Source: Octopus vulgaris
Taxonomy: Eukaryota
Assembly: GCA_951406725.2 (NCBI GenBank)
Contig: OX597835.1
Span: forward strand, 42,470,001-42,534,000
Direction: 5' to 3'
DNA: 64,000 nt
Notes under the pieces: model-generated
Seen by the model: only the letters and a program-made list of their open reading frames with translations
What the model was told of the DNA's origin: nothing
Databases searched by the model: none
Made by a program: the position numbers and the translations under genes
Part shown: positions 52,065 through 64,000 of the stretch, piece after piece
Position numbering within the stretch: position 1 is the stretch's first letter
How the letters are laid out: each line of letters starts with the position of its first letter

Positions 52065-52419
52065 TTTCTCTCCCTCTGTCTGTGTCTGTCTGCTCCTGTT
52101 TTTATTGGACCAAAACGATTATATGAATAAAACACGATACTACAAACCTGTTCGTCTTCGGTTCAAACCCACAGCTAATATTTCATTTTGTCTTTGGGTA
52201 GATTATTTAATTCTACATGCTGTAGTTTATCTAGATGTAGAGAACAGTGACTAGATTTGCACGTTTGAAACCTGTAATAGACCATCATTATAATCCAGGT
52301 GAGGTTTCCCCTCTTTCATTTACTTGCAGAAATCACAAACCAGTAAGGTGGCTCTCTATGCTGTTACTTAATCTTCCAGAAATAGTAAAATCCTTTTTAA
52401 ATTTACCCTCTCCTCTTAA

Positions 52420-52858
52420 CCCTTTAGCATTTAAACCAGTCAAATCCAACCAAAATATTTGAGCTGTTTTATGTACAAAGTGGCCAGATCTAGCCTCTCA
52501 CACTAACCCTATAATGTCATTCTAAAAATTTACAGTTGCCTCATCAAAATCTCATTCACAGCTACAAGATAACACATAAATAATTTAAAACACGTGACCC
52601 CCCCCTGGCACCTGTGCAGGTGGCACGTAAAAAGCACCCACAACACTCGCGGAGTGGTTGGTGTTAGGAAGGGCATCCAGCTGTAGAAACACTGCCAGAT
52701 CAGACTGGAGCCTGGCGCAGCCTCCTGGCTTCCCAGACCCCAGTTGAACCGTCCAACCCATGCTAGCATGGAAAGCGGATGTTAAACGATGATGATGATG
52801 ATGATGATGATGAATAAATAAGCATTACTTTTGACTGAGTAAACTTAATGCTAAAGGG
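52420..52858. mobile_element. piggyBac-type MITE with a nested family C element (52596-52812)
   Basis: TTAA|ccctttagcatt ... aatgctaaaggg|TTAA with perfect 12-bp TIRs; a second partial copy follows to about 53065. Confidence 0.8.
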
Positions 52859-53489
52859 TTAAACTGGCCATATCCTGCCAAAATATTTGGTTTTATATAC
52901 AAAGTGGTGAGACCTGGCCTCTCACACACATCCTATGTCGTTCCAAAAATTCAGCTGCCTCATCAAAGTCTCATTTATAATTATGAGATTAGTGCATGAC
53001 TAATTCAAAACATGTGAATAAATTAGAATTACTTTAGACAAAATAATGTGAATGCTTAAAGGTTATGTTACATTATGAGGGACACTTTAGCTGATGTGAT
53101 TCTTGATGTACTGGGTCCTTGGGAAGGGATGAAATGGGCACTTGTTCAAGGAGGACCAAGGGTTGTGAAACCCATTTGTGTGTTTAGCCTTTACTCGTGG
53201 TGATGAAAGAGCCTCTATGTGATTATTTGAGCATCTAGAAATAGCAGCCAAATCTCCATGACATGATTTCTGGTTTAGGCAAAAGGCCAGTAGCTTTGAG
53301 GGAAGGGGAAGGGAAGGGATAAGTTAATAACCTCAACCCCATTTGTATAACTGGTACTTTAGATTATCCTTTCGATAATCTAAAATACCAGTTGTAGTGA
53401 TGAAAGATGAATTCGAGACTGGGGGTGGATTTGAACTCAGAATGTAAAGACCTGGAACAAATACCACAAAGCCTTTCTCCTATGGTTGG

Positions 53490-53800
53490 TGGGTGATTTA
53501 TATACCCAGACCTCTCTCTCTTGTAAGAAAATCTCCCTCTCTGAACATGCCTTGGGTTTATGTTACTGGACCTCTTTTCCAGAAATATTTCTCCCTTGTG
53601 GTTATCCTGGGGTTATATAACCAGATCAATCTCTCAGTAGTAGTGAACGATTTACATAACTAGAACTCTCTCACGGAAATGTTCCTTTTGCTGCAGATGT
53701 CCTAGTTTATATACCCAGACCCTTATGCGGTGGGGTGGGGGAAATAGCTTCCATCCCTTAAGATTGCTCAGGGTTCATATAACAAGACCCTTATTCCAAA
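53490..53800. repeat. Degenerate repeat, motif gtttatataaccagaccct x6 with 40-66-bp spacing
   Basis: Motifs at about 53495, 53553, 53608, 53648, 53703 and 53769. Confidence 0.55.
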
Positions 53801-54284
53801 AGTTCCTTTTTCCTTTCCAACGGATTTTATCCAATCAGAAACAGCAGCTATCACACTAGCTCTACAGCAGAATATATTCATGTGAATTTTCTCTATTTTT
53901 AGTGGGCTTTTTTTTTTCCATTATAAATATCAAGAGCAGCTTTTCTATTTGCTTGTGTCTTGTTATTTACCTTTCTTTCACAATGTAATATTGATCCGGG
54001 ACAAACAAGATTTATATTGATGTCAGTCAAACTGTAACAAACCAGATGACAAAATATTGAACCAAGCAACGTTAGACATAAAGCTGAGTAATAAATATTC
54101 ACACAAACGTTAAGCAGTGTGCAGTATCTTACTCTGCTTTTTTGTATCACTATGTTGTTGGTTTGGTCATGGCTGCCGTAAGACTCGACGCAGCTCGATA
54201 TGACTGATTCTCACTGATGCGATACTGTACAATGCACTGGATACACCTAGTTTGATACAAAGGATACTGTATGCAAAGCTGTAT

Positions 54285-54690
54285 ATAACTCGCCCCTACA
54301 AAGCAACAATTTACACTACATGGTCTTCAACTGGTTCTCTACAAGTTGATACCCTACACATAATTTTCCTTAACTAGTTCTCTACAAAGTGATACTATAC
54401 AACACACTGAATGCAACTAGTTTGGTGGTACAAACAGATACTATAAGCTAGACTCTCTACAACCAAGTCTTTATAAAGTGAAGCAGTACACTAAACTCTC
54501 TACAACTAGTTCTCTACAAAGAATACTCTCCACCAGATTCTCTACAACTGGTTTTCTACAAAGTGAAACTCTACTCTAGATTCTCTACAAGTTAGTTCTT
54601 TTCAAAGTGGTTCTCTACAAGCTAGTCCTCTTCAAAGTAACACTCCATATCAAACTCTCTACTGTTGGTTTTCTACAAAGGATTCTGTAC
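54285..54690. repeat. Degenerate tandem repeat (aactagttctctacaaagtga-like)
   Basis: ctctacaa recurs about ten times. Confidence 0.75.
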
Positions 54691-56081
54691 AGTTTTATTG
54701 GATTGTCTACATTAACTATGAAAAAATAAACCATGCTTAGTAGTCCAATACCATTTCTTTTGGCCCCTTCTAAGATTTGGTTCATGTAAGTAAACAGATA
54801 TGCTTTATACTTTAATATTGCTATGATTTATTATAACTTGTGTCGTTTTAGATGTTGTTTTTGTATTTTCATCTTCTGCAGTTTTCAGAATTTCTTTTCT
54901 TTATTTGTATTTTTGGTTGTAAAAGTAAATGATGGATGATTGATTAAACTCCAGAAAAAGCTGTGCAACGAAATTAGATGATATTGAATGTCATGTGAAA
55001 AAATGGATTGCCTTGGATATTGTTAAAATATGTGGTGGGAGAACCTAAATATTTGGTGTTGTGTTGTCATTCTTGTTGACCTTGTCTCTCTCAGAAGACA
55101 TCATTATGATCATCATGATCATGACCATCATTGTTAATATAACTAATGTCATTGGCATCACCACCACTACCACCACCAGCACCATCATCGTTGTCATCAT
55201 CATCATCATCCTCATCATTTTCATTGTTGTCATCATCATCATTGCTCTAAATGTTCACTTTTTTATGCTTGCACGAGTCCTGTGGAATTTGTTGAGGCTG
55301 ATTTTCTACAGCTCAGATGCTCTTCCTGTCATTAACCTTCAATCTGTTTCCAATTGAGGTTAATGTTTCCCCATAACCATACGAGTTTTTCAAGAAATGG
55401 ATGACGGTCGCTTACAACCTTCACGCATCAAGACAAGGGGACACACACACACACACACAAACACACATACGCATTATTATTTGCAAGCAATTTGCAGATA
55501 CAAATGCTACCAGTTGAAAACTCTGCACACTGAATATTAGCAGGCTTATGGGGCCATCAGGAGAAAACACGTGCTGTTTCAGGGCCTTCCTCTCAACAAC
55601 ACTGTATAGAGAAGCTTATTTCAGCTTTCATCTATGAAATCCACTCACAAGGTCTTGGTTGGTGCTGTGTCCTGAGGTGCTGTGAAAATAAATGGTTCAG
55701 AAGAATTGCTGAAGAAGCGAGTTTATGTGAATCCACAATCTAAGGCTCACCACCCTCACATATTTATTCTGTTCCATTCCATTCCATTAATAAAATCAGC
55801 AAAAAATATTTGACTCTCAAGTGAAAAGGAAATCTTTAAGTGGTAGCTGAAAATACCTAGAAATAACAGCTAGATCTCCCTCGTATTATATTCTACTTAG
55901 TTAAAAATAGAAGGACACATTAAACAATGTACTCCTAAGTGGTTGCTCAAAGTAACTAGAAATAGTAGCTAGATCTCACTCAAACCATACTCTAATAATG
56001 ATCGTAACAACAGACTCACTTGATGTTGGATGTATACTGACCATTCTCACTAAGAAAAAAATACAGTTAAACAGGAGAGTA

Positions 56082-56647
56082 TTGGGTTGTCCAGAAAGTT
56101 CATGCCGATTTATAGTAGCTTGCTTTTCGACTTATTTTAGAACATGGTTGAGTCCATAAAATAGGATTTGTCTACACCTCCACTTAGAGCACGGTTTAAG
56201 CTATCTTTTTGTGGAAGAAGGTTTATGTTCCTATAACCTGTGTCAATTCTGTAACCCTTTAAAATGGAAGAGAAGAAAGTTCATTTTTGGCACTTGATGC
56301 TTTGGGAACCAGACAAAAATTGCTGCAGCTCAGCTGGGATGTGTTACCCCACCATCCATATTCACCAGATATTGCTCCTTCAGATTTCTACTTATTCAGG
56401 TCTCTGCAGAATAGTTTTAAGGGTAAAAATTTCAATTCGTTGGATGACGTAAAAAGATACCTTGATGAATTCTTTGCCATGAAGCCACCTCAATTCTGGG
56501 AAGAGGGTATTTTCAAGTTAAAGGAAAGATGGAGATGCATTGTGCAACAAAATGGTTCAAATTTGGTTGATTAAAAATGTAATGGCAAGTATTTATTGAC
56601 CTTTTTCTTTCCTTTAAAAATCGGTATGAACTTACTGGACAACCCAA
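56082..56647 (+). mobile_element. Internally deleted mariner (DD34D) transposon
   Basis: TA|ttgggttgtccagaaagttcatgccgattt ... aaatcggtatgaacttactggacaacccaa|TA. N-terminus MEEKKVHFWHLML is joined to the C-terminus WDVLPHHPYSPDIAPSDFYLFRSLQN...GIFKLKERW..IVQQNG. Confidence 0.95.
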
Positions 56648-57019
56648 TATAATAATAAAACCATGGATCTCTGTTATAGATCAAAGTGTTTTTTATATCT
56701 TTTTCCCTATATTTTTATGTGAAGACACATAATCTAGGGATTAAGTTATAGGGATTATGATAAGAGAGTGGTGGGGATTAATCCCTGAATCAGGTGGTGC
56801 ATTGTGTCCTTAAACAAGACCCTTCATTTCATGTAGTTCCAATTTACTCAACTGAAAATGAGGACCAAGTGAGTTCTGATGCAGCCAAGTCCCCCTTCCA
56901 GATGTGACATTCTGGATGCTTCATTGAGTCAGGGAGAAGAAGACCAAGAGAGTATCTATGTCTGCTCATGACTACGGAGTCATGTGTTTGTCATGACTCC
57001 TGGGACTCATAAGGCCTGA

Positions 57020-57267
57020 GCTGAACCCTATTTCCATGGCCTATAAATAACCGAGATTAACATGGCTTCCCACTGAAAGAGACGCCAGTGCATCGCAGGT
57101 TCAACTTCTCACCTATTGTTGGGGTTCATTTACAGCTGAGTGGACTGGAGCAACATGAAATGAAAGGTTTTGCTTAAGAACACAATGCACCTTCCAGTTC
57201 AGGAATTGAAACCATGATCTTACAGTCATTAGCGCAACCTCCTAACCACTAGGCCACATGCTTTCAC
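57020..57267 (-). mobile_element. tRNA-derived SINE family F (gtggcctagtggttagg head, ctccagtccactcagctgtaaatg core)
   Basis: A/B boxes on the minus strand; relatives at 25040-25260 (+), 33325-33540 (-) and 46200-46443 (-). Confidence 0.7.
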
Positions 57268-58227
57268 ATTTGTGACTACACAGGCACCTAAAGCAATAAT
57301 TGAAAGCATGGTACAAACTACTCTGTCGTACTTGCTTGTGACTGACAACTAAGCCTCAACTGTTTCGGCATTAAAGGGTCATTACTTGTCCATGTTGTGA
57401 CTGATATTGGTTGTGATAGTCATCTATCTTCACAGCAAGATGTAGGGGTCTAGGGGTCGACTGTGATGAGTGTGTATATGGTGATGGGGGGACAGTGGGG
57501 AACCATTGTAGCAATGGTACGTGGCCATGTCCACTGCAATTAGAGTTTGTCAGAAGACTTCTCTGGTGTGTGTGTGTGTGTGTGTGCATTGTGGCAGTGG
57601 TGGTGGTCACTAGTGGCAATAACTCCCATCTTCTACTCCCACCACTGCAAGTCTAGATTAATGGTATGGGTCCATAATGTGTGTGTTATTGTTATTGTTG
57701 GGGTGGTGGTGGCTGTGACTGGTGGTAGTGGTGGCCATCTCTTACCCCTCTGACCCCACACTGCATATATTGTTTCTAAGACCAACAATTTAGGGGTGGG
57801 GAGCAGGGCTTAGTCGACGCTTCATTTTGGTATTTTATTGTATAAACCCCAGAGAGTTGTTGGGCAAATTTGACATCGATGGGATTTGAACTCAGAATGT
57901 AAAGATCCCAAATGAAATATTGCTTTCAAATTTTGGCACAATTTCAGAGAAGGGGTTAAATCAACCCCAATGTCCGGCTGGTACATATTTTATAAACCCT
58001 GAAAGGATGAAAAGCAAAGTTGACCTCAGCAGAATTTGAACTCAGAGAGTAAAGATGGAGGAAATGCTGTTAAGCATTTAGCCTGGAATGGTAACGATTC
58101 TGCCAGAATGAAATATTGCAAGGAATGTTTGGTGGGAAACGTTTCATCAATACCTTAATAAGATTCTTTATTTTATCAACCCTGGAGGGATGAAGGACAA
58201 AGTTGACCTTGGTGGTATTTCAACTTA

Positions 58228-58584
58228 GACAAGAGAGAGCAAACCTCTGCCAAAGCAACACCAACATCCTCTCAACGATTAGCCAGAGATGATTTTTAAA
58301 ATGAGAATATCTGAAATGAACTCGACTGCTCTCACAAACAAGAATACTAAAAATGAACCTGACCACTCACAAAAAGTATGTAAAAAATACAGGAAAAATA
58401 ATCCAGAATCCTTGTCTGGTACCGGATCGATCCCAAAATCTAATCAGTTTGTGCCAGTCAAAAGGCCAAACATCCCTGAAAGTTTCATCTGAATCCATCC
58501 AGCAGTTCTTGAGATACCTTGTCCATGGACAAACAAACAAACACAACTGAAACAATACCTCTGCCTTGGCAAAGGCAGATGTAA
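58228..58584 (-). mobile_element. Helentron/DINE-1-like non-autonomous element
   Basis: Terminal palindrome acctctgcctt-ggca-aaggcagatgt, the same acctctgcca motif near the other end, an internal (CAAA)n microsatellite and a ccggatcgatcc core. This is the subTIR/IR/microsatellite layout of HINE-type elements. Confidence 0.6.
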
Positions 58585-59157
58585 ATATAAAGATCCAACA
58601 TAAATTATCTCATGGCACTTTTGATAAAAAAGGCTTAGATAGTACTTTATTAAAGTACTTTAATTTATCAACACTGGAGGGATGAAGGACAAAGTTGACC
58701 TAGGTGAGATTTGAACTCTGAATGTAAAGAGCCAGACAGAATACAACCCAGCATTTTTTCCGATACTCTAACAATTCTACCAGCTTGTTACATTTCCTTC
58801 AATACAAAACAAGATTCACAAGTTATGAACTGATGTAAAGGTCAAAAGTGAAACTAGACAATGAGTTCCCTCCCTTCTCCTTACCTTCTCCTATCAGCTG
58901 ACTCAACTCAAGGGATTTCTTAGAATGAGTGGGACACGCAGAGAAACTTGTTTTATATGACAAATACTTCTGTTGCTATTACGTCATTCGACTGAATGAC
59001 TGTTGGCCATCACTCATTCTGACTAATTGGTACAAAAGCATGTGTATTATGTGATGTCACTCCAGTCAGTTTCAACGTAGGAGTGTTTGAAAGAGAAGAC
59101 TGACAATTAAAGAGAGAAATAGAAAGAAAAAACCACTAAGAATGTATCTATATATGT

Positions 59158-59448
59158 GGAGGTGCAATGGCCCAGTGGTTAGGGCAGCGGACTCGCAGTT
59201 GTAGGATCGCAGTTTCGATTCCCAGACCGGGCGTTGTGAGTGTTTATTGAGCGAAAACACTTAAAAGCTCCATGAAGCTCCGGCAGGGGCTGGTGGCAAT
59301 CCCTGCAGTACTCTTTCGCCACAACTTTCTCTCACTCTTTCTTCTGTTGGCCTGCTTGCTTAGCCAGCAGGGTGGCGTCATTTGAAGGCAAAGCGCATTG
59401 TGACCAGCGATGTGTACCAACATCTGATAGCCTGGTCGGTCACGGTGA
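59158..59448 (+). mobile_element. Full-length tRNA-derived SINE (family F-related)
   Basis: Head ggaggtgcaatggcccagtggttagggcagcggactcgca...gtttcgattccc; the 3' part matches the reverse of 33325-33440. Confidence 0.8.
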
Positions 59449-59477
59449 TATATATGTATATATATATATATATATAA

Positions 59478-59835
59478 CAGGTGCAGGAGTGGTTGTGTGT
59501 TAAGTTCCAGGTTCAGTCCCACTTCATGGCACCTTGGGCAAGTGTCTTCTACTATAGCTTTAGGCTGACCAAAGCCATTTGAGTGGATTTGGTAGATGGA
59601 AACTGAAAGAAGTCTGTCATATATATGTGCGTGTGTGTGTGTGTTTGTGTGTCTGCCCCCCCACCCCAACATCATTTGACAACTGATGCTGGTGTGATTA
59701 TGTCCCCATAACTTAACGGTTCAGCAAAAGAAACCAATAGATTAAGTACTGGGCTTACAAAGAATAAGTCCTGGGGTTAATTTGTTTGACTAAAGGTGGT
59801 GCTCCAGCATGGCCACAGTAAAATGACTGAAACAT
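59478..59835 (+). mobile_element. SINE family B copy
   Basis: Colinear with 32862-33270 apart from a head deletion. Confidence 0.8.
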
Positions 59836-59884
59836 TCCAGGGGCAATCCCATGGTCATTCCTCAGCGAAGGGCGTCTTTCTCTT

Positions 59885-59937
<53 letters not shown>

Positions 59938-60934
59938 TATAAAAATATGTATCAAACTAAAATCATTGAACAAACAAATGCAAGGTCATCCGCATATCAT
60001 TTCATAATTCAAACATTTAATTATAGAATAAACATAGAACCCACTAAGATGGAACAAAATTCATCTGCATAGCACATAATAATAATATGGTGCGAGAAAA
60101 AATTCTTATCATTAAAAATTTAGATTTAATATTTTAGCGATTCAAAGAAAATACATTTATAAAAGGACGTAGAAAGTAAAATATAATATAAGTAATATAT
60201 AAAAAATATATAGGTATATAAAAATATTTAAAACATATATATATATATATATACATATAGGAGCATATAAAAAAAATATATAATATATATCATGTAAATA
60301 AAGTAAAATAAGGTTCATCGTTTAGAAATCTTATAAATAATTCAGGTAAAATAAGCCTTATAGTTAAGAAGAAAATCATGTTATAATCATGTAAGCATAT
60401 ATATGTATATATGTACACATATATACATATGCATACATGTTTGTGTATGTGTGTCTACAATGCTTGTAGTGTAGGAGTGAAGGATTCAATACAAGGCAAA
60501 GCTAAAGTCTGAATATTGAGCAATAGAATCTGCCATCTCAATTTGATGGTCCTACAAGGAAGGGATCCGCTCTGTGGTCAATTTCAATGCAAGAAATATC
60601 AGTCAAATTCCTTTAAATCAGGCTCTTTTGGCTTATAAAAAAATATTAAAAAAAAAAAGCATGAGGGCAACAACATTATACCTCTTGTACTTGATATACA
60701 TAAAGATGGGGTAGTCATGGCTGGAATGATTTTGATAATAGGTTTGCTGGATTAGGATTGAACTGGGATTAAACAAGAACAACAACCTCTGCTACATGTT
60801 TTGTCACCCACACTATGCATGTGGTCACCTACTCTATGTGTTTGGTGGTCGCTCACCTTACATGTTTGGTGGCATGTGCCACATGTTTGCCAAACGCTAC
60901 ACATTCGGTCATTCTCCCTACATGTTTGGTCAGT

Positions 60935-61660
60935 CAGGGAGGGAGTGAGCGATGGAGGGTGGGAAGGTGGATGGAAGTGATAGAGTGAGGGAGGGAGTGA
61001 GTGAGTGGTTGAATGCAAGTGTGACAGAGAGAGTGAATGGTTGAGTATGAGTGACAGTGAGTGAATGGTTGAGTGTATATGTGAGTCTACAATGAGTGAA
61101 TGGTTGAGTGTGAGTGACAGAGTAAGCAAATGGTTGACTGTGAGTGTGAGTAACAGAGTGACTGAATGGTTGAGTGTGAGTGACATAGTGAGTGAATGGT
61201 TGAATGCAAGTGTGAGTGAGTGTATGGTTGAGTGTACATGTAAATGTAAGAGCGACTGGTTGAGTGTGAGTGACACAATGAGCAAATGGCTGAGTGTGAG
61301 TTTGAGCAACAGAATAGTTGAGTGTAAGTGACATAGTGAGTGAAAGGTTGAGTGTGAGTGTGAGTGACAGTGTGAGTGAATGGTTGAGTGTGAGTGAGTG
61401 TGACAGTGAGTGAATGGTGTGCGTGTGAGTGTAAGAGTGGGTGAATGGTTGAGTGCGAGTGTGAGTAAAAGAGTGAGCAAATGGTTGAGTGTGAGTGACA
61501 GAATGAGTGAATGGTTGAGTGCGAATGTGAGTCAGTAACAGAGTGAGTGAACAGTTGAACCAGTGAGTTGCCAGTTGGTGAGTGTAAGAGTGAGTGAATG
61601 GTTGAGTGTGAATAACAGAGTGAATGAATGGTTGAGTGTGAGTGAACAGTTGAGCCAGTG
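60935..61660. repeat. GT-rich minisatellite, about 26-30-bp unit (gagtgaatggttgagtgtgagtgaca)
   Basis: About 20 degenerate units; source of the 242-aa LTLNHS-repeat ORF. Confidence 0.9.
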
Positions 61661-62655
61661 TGTTGTTAGTTGTTGAGGAAATGGAAACGAGTGACTGTAC
61701 ATGATATCGTTGTTAGAGAACATCAATACGGAACATCTGTTTGAACTGTGTAACTTAAGAAACCAATGAGGAGGAAGAGAGGGAGAGGAGGAGGAAGAGA
61801 GAGGGAGAGAGAGTAAGGTTCTATAGATAAGCATGGCAGGAGTGAGGTTGGAGGAGCTGGGAGAGAAGGAAGAAAAAAAATCTATTTTACTTCATCCAGT
61901 CTGACTTGACAAACAGCCAGGTTAGAACTGTTTTAAAAAATCTGCTTTTGTTGTGTTCGGAAGAGGATGACGTAAGAGATGTAAAGGTTTTCTCAAATAA
62001 ATACCATAAAAAGAAAAGAAAAAAAAAAAGTAAAGGAAAAAAAAAACAGGTATGTTATAAAAACAAACAACACAAAAAAATTACTGCTAACAACTAAAAA
62101 AAAAGCAAACAGACAAAAACATGAATAAAATATGTCAGCAATTGATTCCAAAATCTTCTTTGAAGACATTTCGTCCTTTCAAAGTGTTTCATGTTTGGTC
62201 CAATAATTTTCCATAAATGCTATCAGAGATAAATGTCTCTGCAGTGGACTCATTTGGGTATGGCTACATGCAGTTGTAGGTGGTGGTGGTAGTGGTGGTG
62301 ATTGTGGCAGTAGTGGTGGTAGTCATGGTGATAGTGGTGGTTGTGGTGGTGGTGATGGTAGTCATGGTGATAGTGGTGGTCGAAATAGTGGTGGTTGTGG
62401 TGGTAGTAGTTTTAAAGGTTTGGATCAGATTTCCAATTTGAAGAAAACCTCCTCTTTTCTTCCAATCAGTCAAACAGTTCCTGATAACCTCATAATGGTC
62501 ATCCTTGACATGCCATTCTTCAGGTCATCTTTGAGAGCCATTACAGCATTGGCTAGAATGCTTCATGGTCATTTGTTTCAATGCTTTGTGTTCTGAGTTC
62601 AAATCCAGCTGAGATCATCTCGACCTTTTTCCCTTCATGATCCAAGGTGGAGGTT

Positions 62656-63066
62656 CTCTTTACTCTTTTACTTGTTTCAGTCACTTGACTGTGGCCATGC
62701 TGGAGCACCGCCTTTAGTCGAGCAACTCGACCCCAGGACTTATTCTTTTGTAAGCCCAGTACTTATTCTATCGGTCACTTTTGCCGAACCGCTAAGTAAC
62801 GGGGACGTAAACACACCAGCATCGGTTGTCAAGCAATGCTAGGGGGACAAACACAGACACACAAACATACACGCACACACACATATATATATATACATTT
62901 ATACGACGGGCTTCTTTCAGTTTCCGTCTACCAAATCCACTCACAAGGCTTTAGTCGGCCCGGGGCTATAGTAAAAGACACTTGCTCAAGGTGCCACGCA
63001 GTGGGACTGAACCCGGAACCATGTGGTTGGTTAGCAAGCTACTTACCACACAGCCACTCCTGCGCC
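62656..63066 (-). mobile_element. Full-length, young SINE family B copy
   Basis: CpGs intact; reverse complement of 32862-33270. Confidence 0.9.
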
Positions 63067-63731
63067 TGGTGCGATGTCTTGCAGAAGCTGCTCTGATTCT
63101 TTGCACTCTGAGAGCAATGTCTGCAACAACACTAGTGCCAACCAGTATCGTTCCAAGTTGGTGGTTTTCCTTTGGTCAAACAGCAATGGAGTTGAGGGAG
63201 AAGATTTGTATGTCTGGGCAACAACAAATCCTTCTTAAAAAAACACAATTTTGCCCAATCCTGTAAATATACTAACAGACAGATGGTCAATCAACATTGA
63301 CTGAAGGAGGACCTGTCAATCTTGAACCATGTTTTATGCACAATCTCGTAAGTCATTGGCAGTATACACTGGTGTAGCAGTTGTAGTTGTGATGGTGCAA
63401 TGCAAGGCTTGCCTGGATCTGACAAACCTATAATCACTAAGTCCATCCTGTCTTTTGCAGATCAGTTTTAAAATCATGTGTTGTATACATTCATGTATGT
63501 GTGTGGGAATGTATATATATATATATATAATACTACAAAATTAGAAAATGGAGAAACATACTTAAATCAATCAAACATCAACCAACAGATGATACCCAAT
63601 CAATACTTTATTACACCATTACATAACAGCAAAGACATTATACAAAATATATTGTAAATATAATTAGACAAGGAAATAGAAATATAAAATAGATTATGTA
63701 ATTAAATTTAATTATTCCCTAATTATTTATA

Positions 63732-63777
<46 letters not shown>

Positions 63778-64000
63778 AAGATGGGTGTGACAAAACTTAT
63801 GTTGATTCCTCACATTTCAGTGAGAGGAAACACTGATGACAGGAAAGCCAATGTTTTTTATTTATGGAGTGGCCAGTCAGTTTGCTAAAGTATATCTGTG
63901 CTCATGAGGGCATTGGCAAAAAACCTCACTTTTAAAGTTTAGTTCTTTAATGTGATTCTTCTTCTCAGCAAAGCAGTGTCTGCATGTTCTCCAGCTGTTA

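Noticed and set aside
52215-52270. tgactagatttgcacgtttga carrying a miR-279-type seed
   Set aside because: The 5' arm pairs poorly (large bulges, seed region incompletely paired), so it is not a convincing precursor.
53490-53800. Repeat-spacer pattern superficially like a CRISPR array
   Set aside because: The repeats are degenerate, spacing is irregular (40-66 bp), spacers partly resemble each other, the context is eukaryotic and there are no cas genes.
59158-59230. tRNA gene candidate
   Set aside because: A and B boxes are present but the acceptor stem does not close and the sequence continues into a SINE body shared with other copies.
60752-61480. 242-aa LTLNHS-repeat ORF
   Set aside because: It is the translation of the GT-rich minisatellite; several frames are open for the same reason.

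Overview
This is AT-rich, microsatellite-saturated animal genomic DNA. The SINE families and repeat landscape strongly suggest a coleoid cephalopod (Octopus); that is inferred, not searched. No intact host protein-coding gene is recognisable, and almost all listed ORFs are simple-repeat artefacts. The window reads as a very long intron or intergenic tract. It holds relics of Penelope-like, R4/Dong, RTE and CR1/L2-group retroelements; Tc1/mariner, maT, rosa-like, pogo, hAT, piggyBac and Helentron-like DNA elements; at least five short interspersed families; and several minisatellites. The most interesting signals are: (1) a textbook recursive-splicing ratchet point (polypyrimidine-CAG|GTAAGT) with an 80-nt cryptic exon at 51979-52058, bracketed by inverted SINE copies; (2) minimal Penelope-type hammerhead ribozyme motifs in (TA)n-associated repeats, one inside a recurrent fold-back architecture; (3) an R4/Dong LINE and an unnamed non-coding family that both sit in (TAA)n tracts; (4) SINE dimers retroposed as single units through a recurring junction; (5) candidate micro-exons and regulatory motif clusters in the few unique islands. 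All coordinates were read by eye; interspersed repeat edges are approximate.
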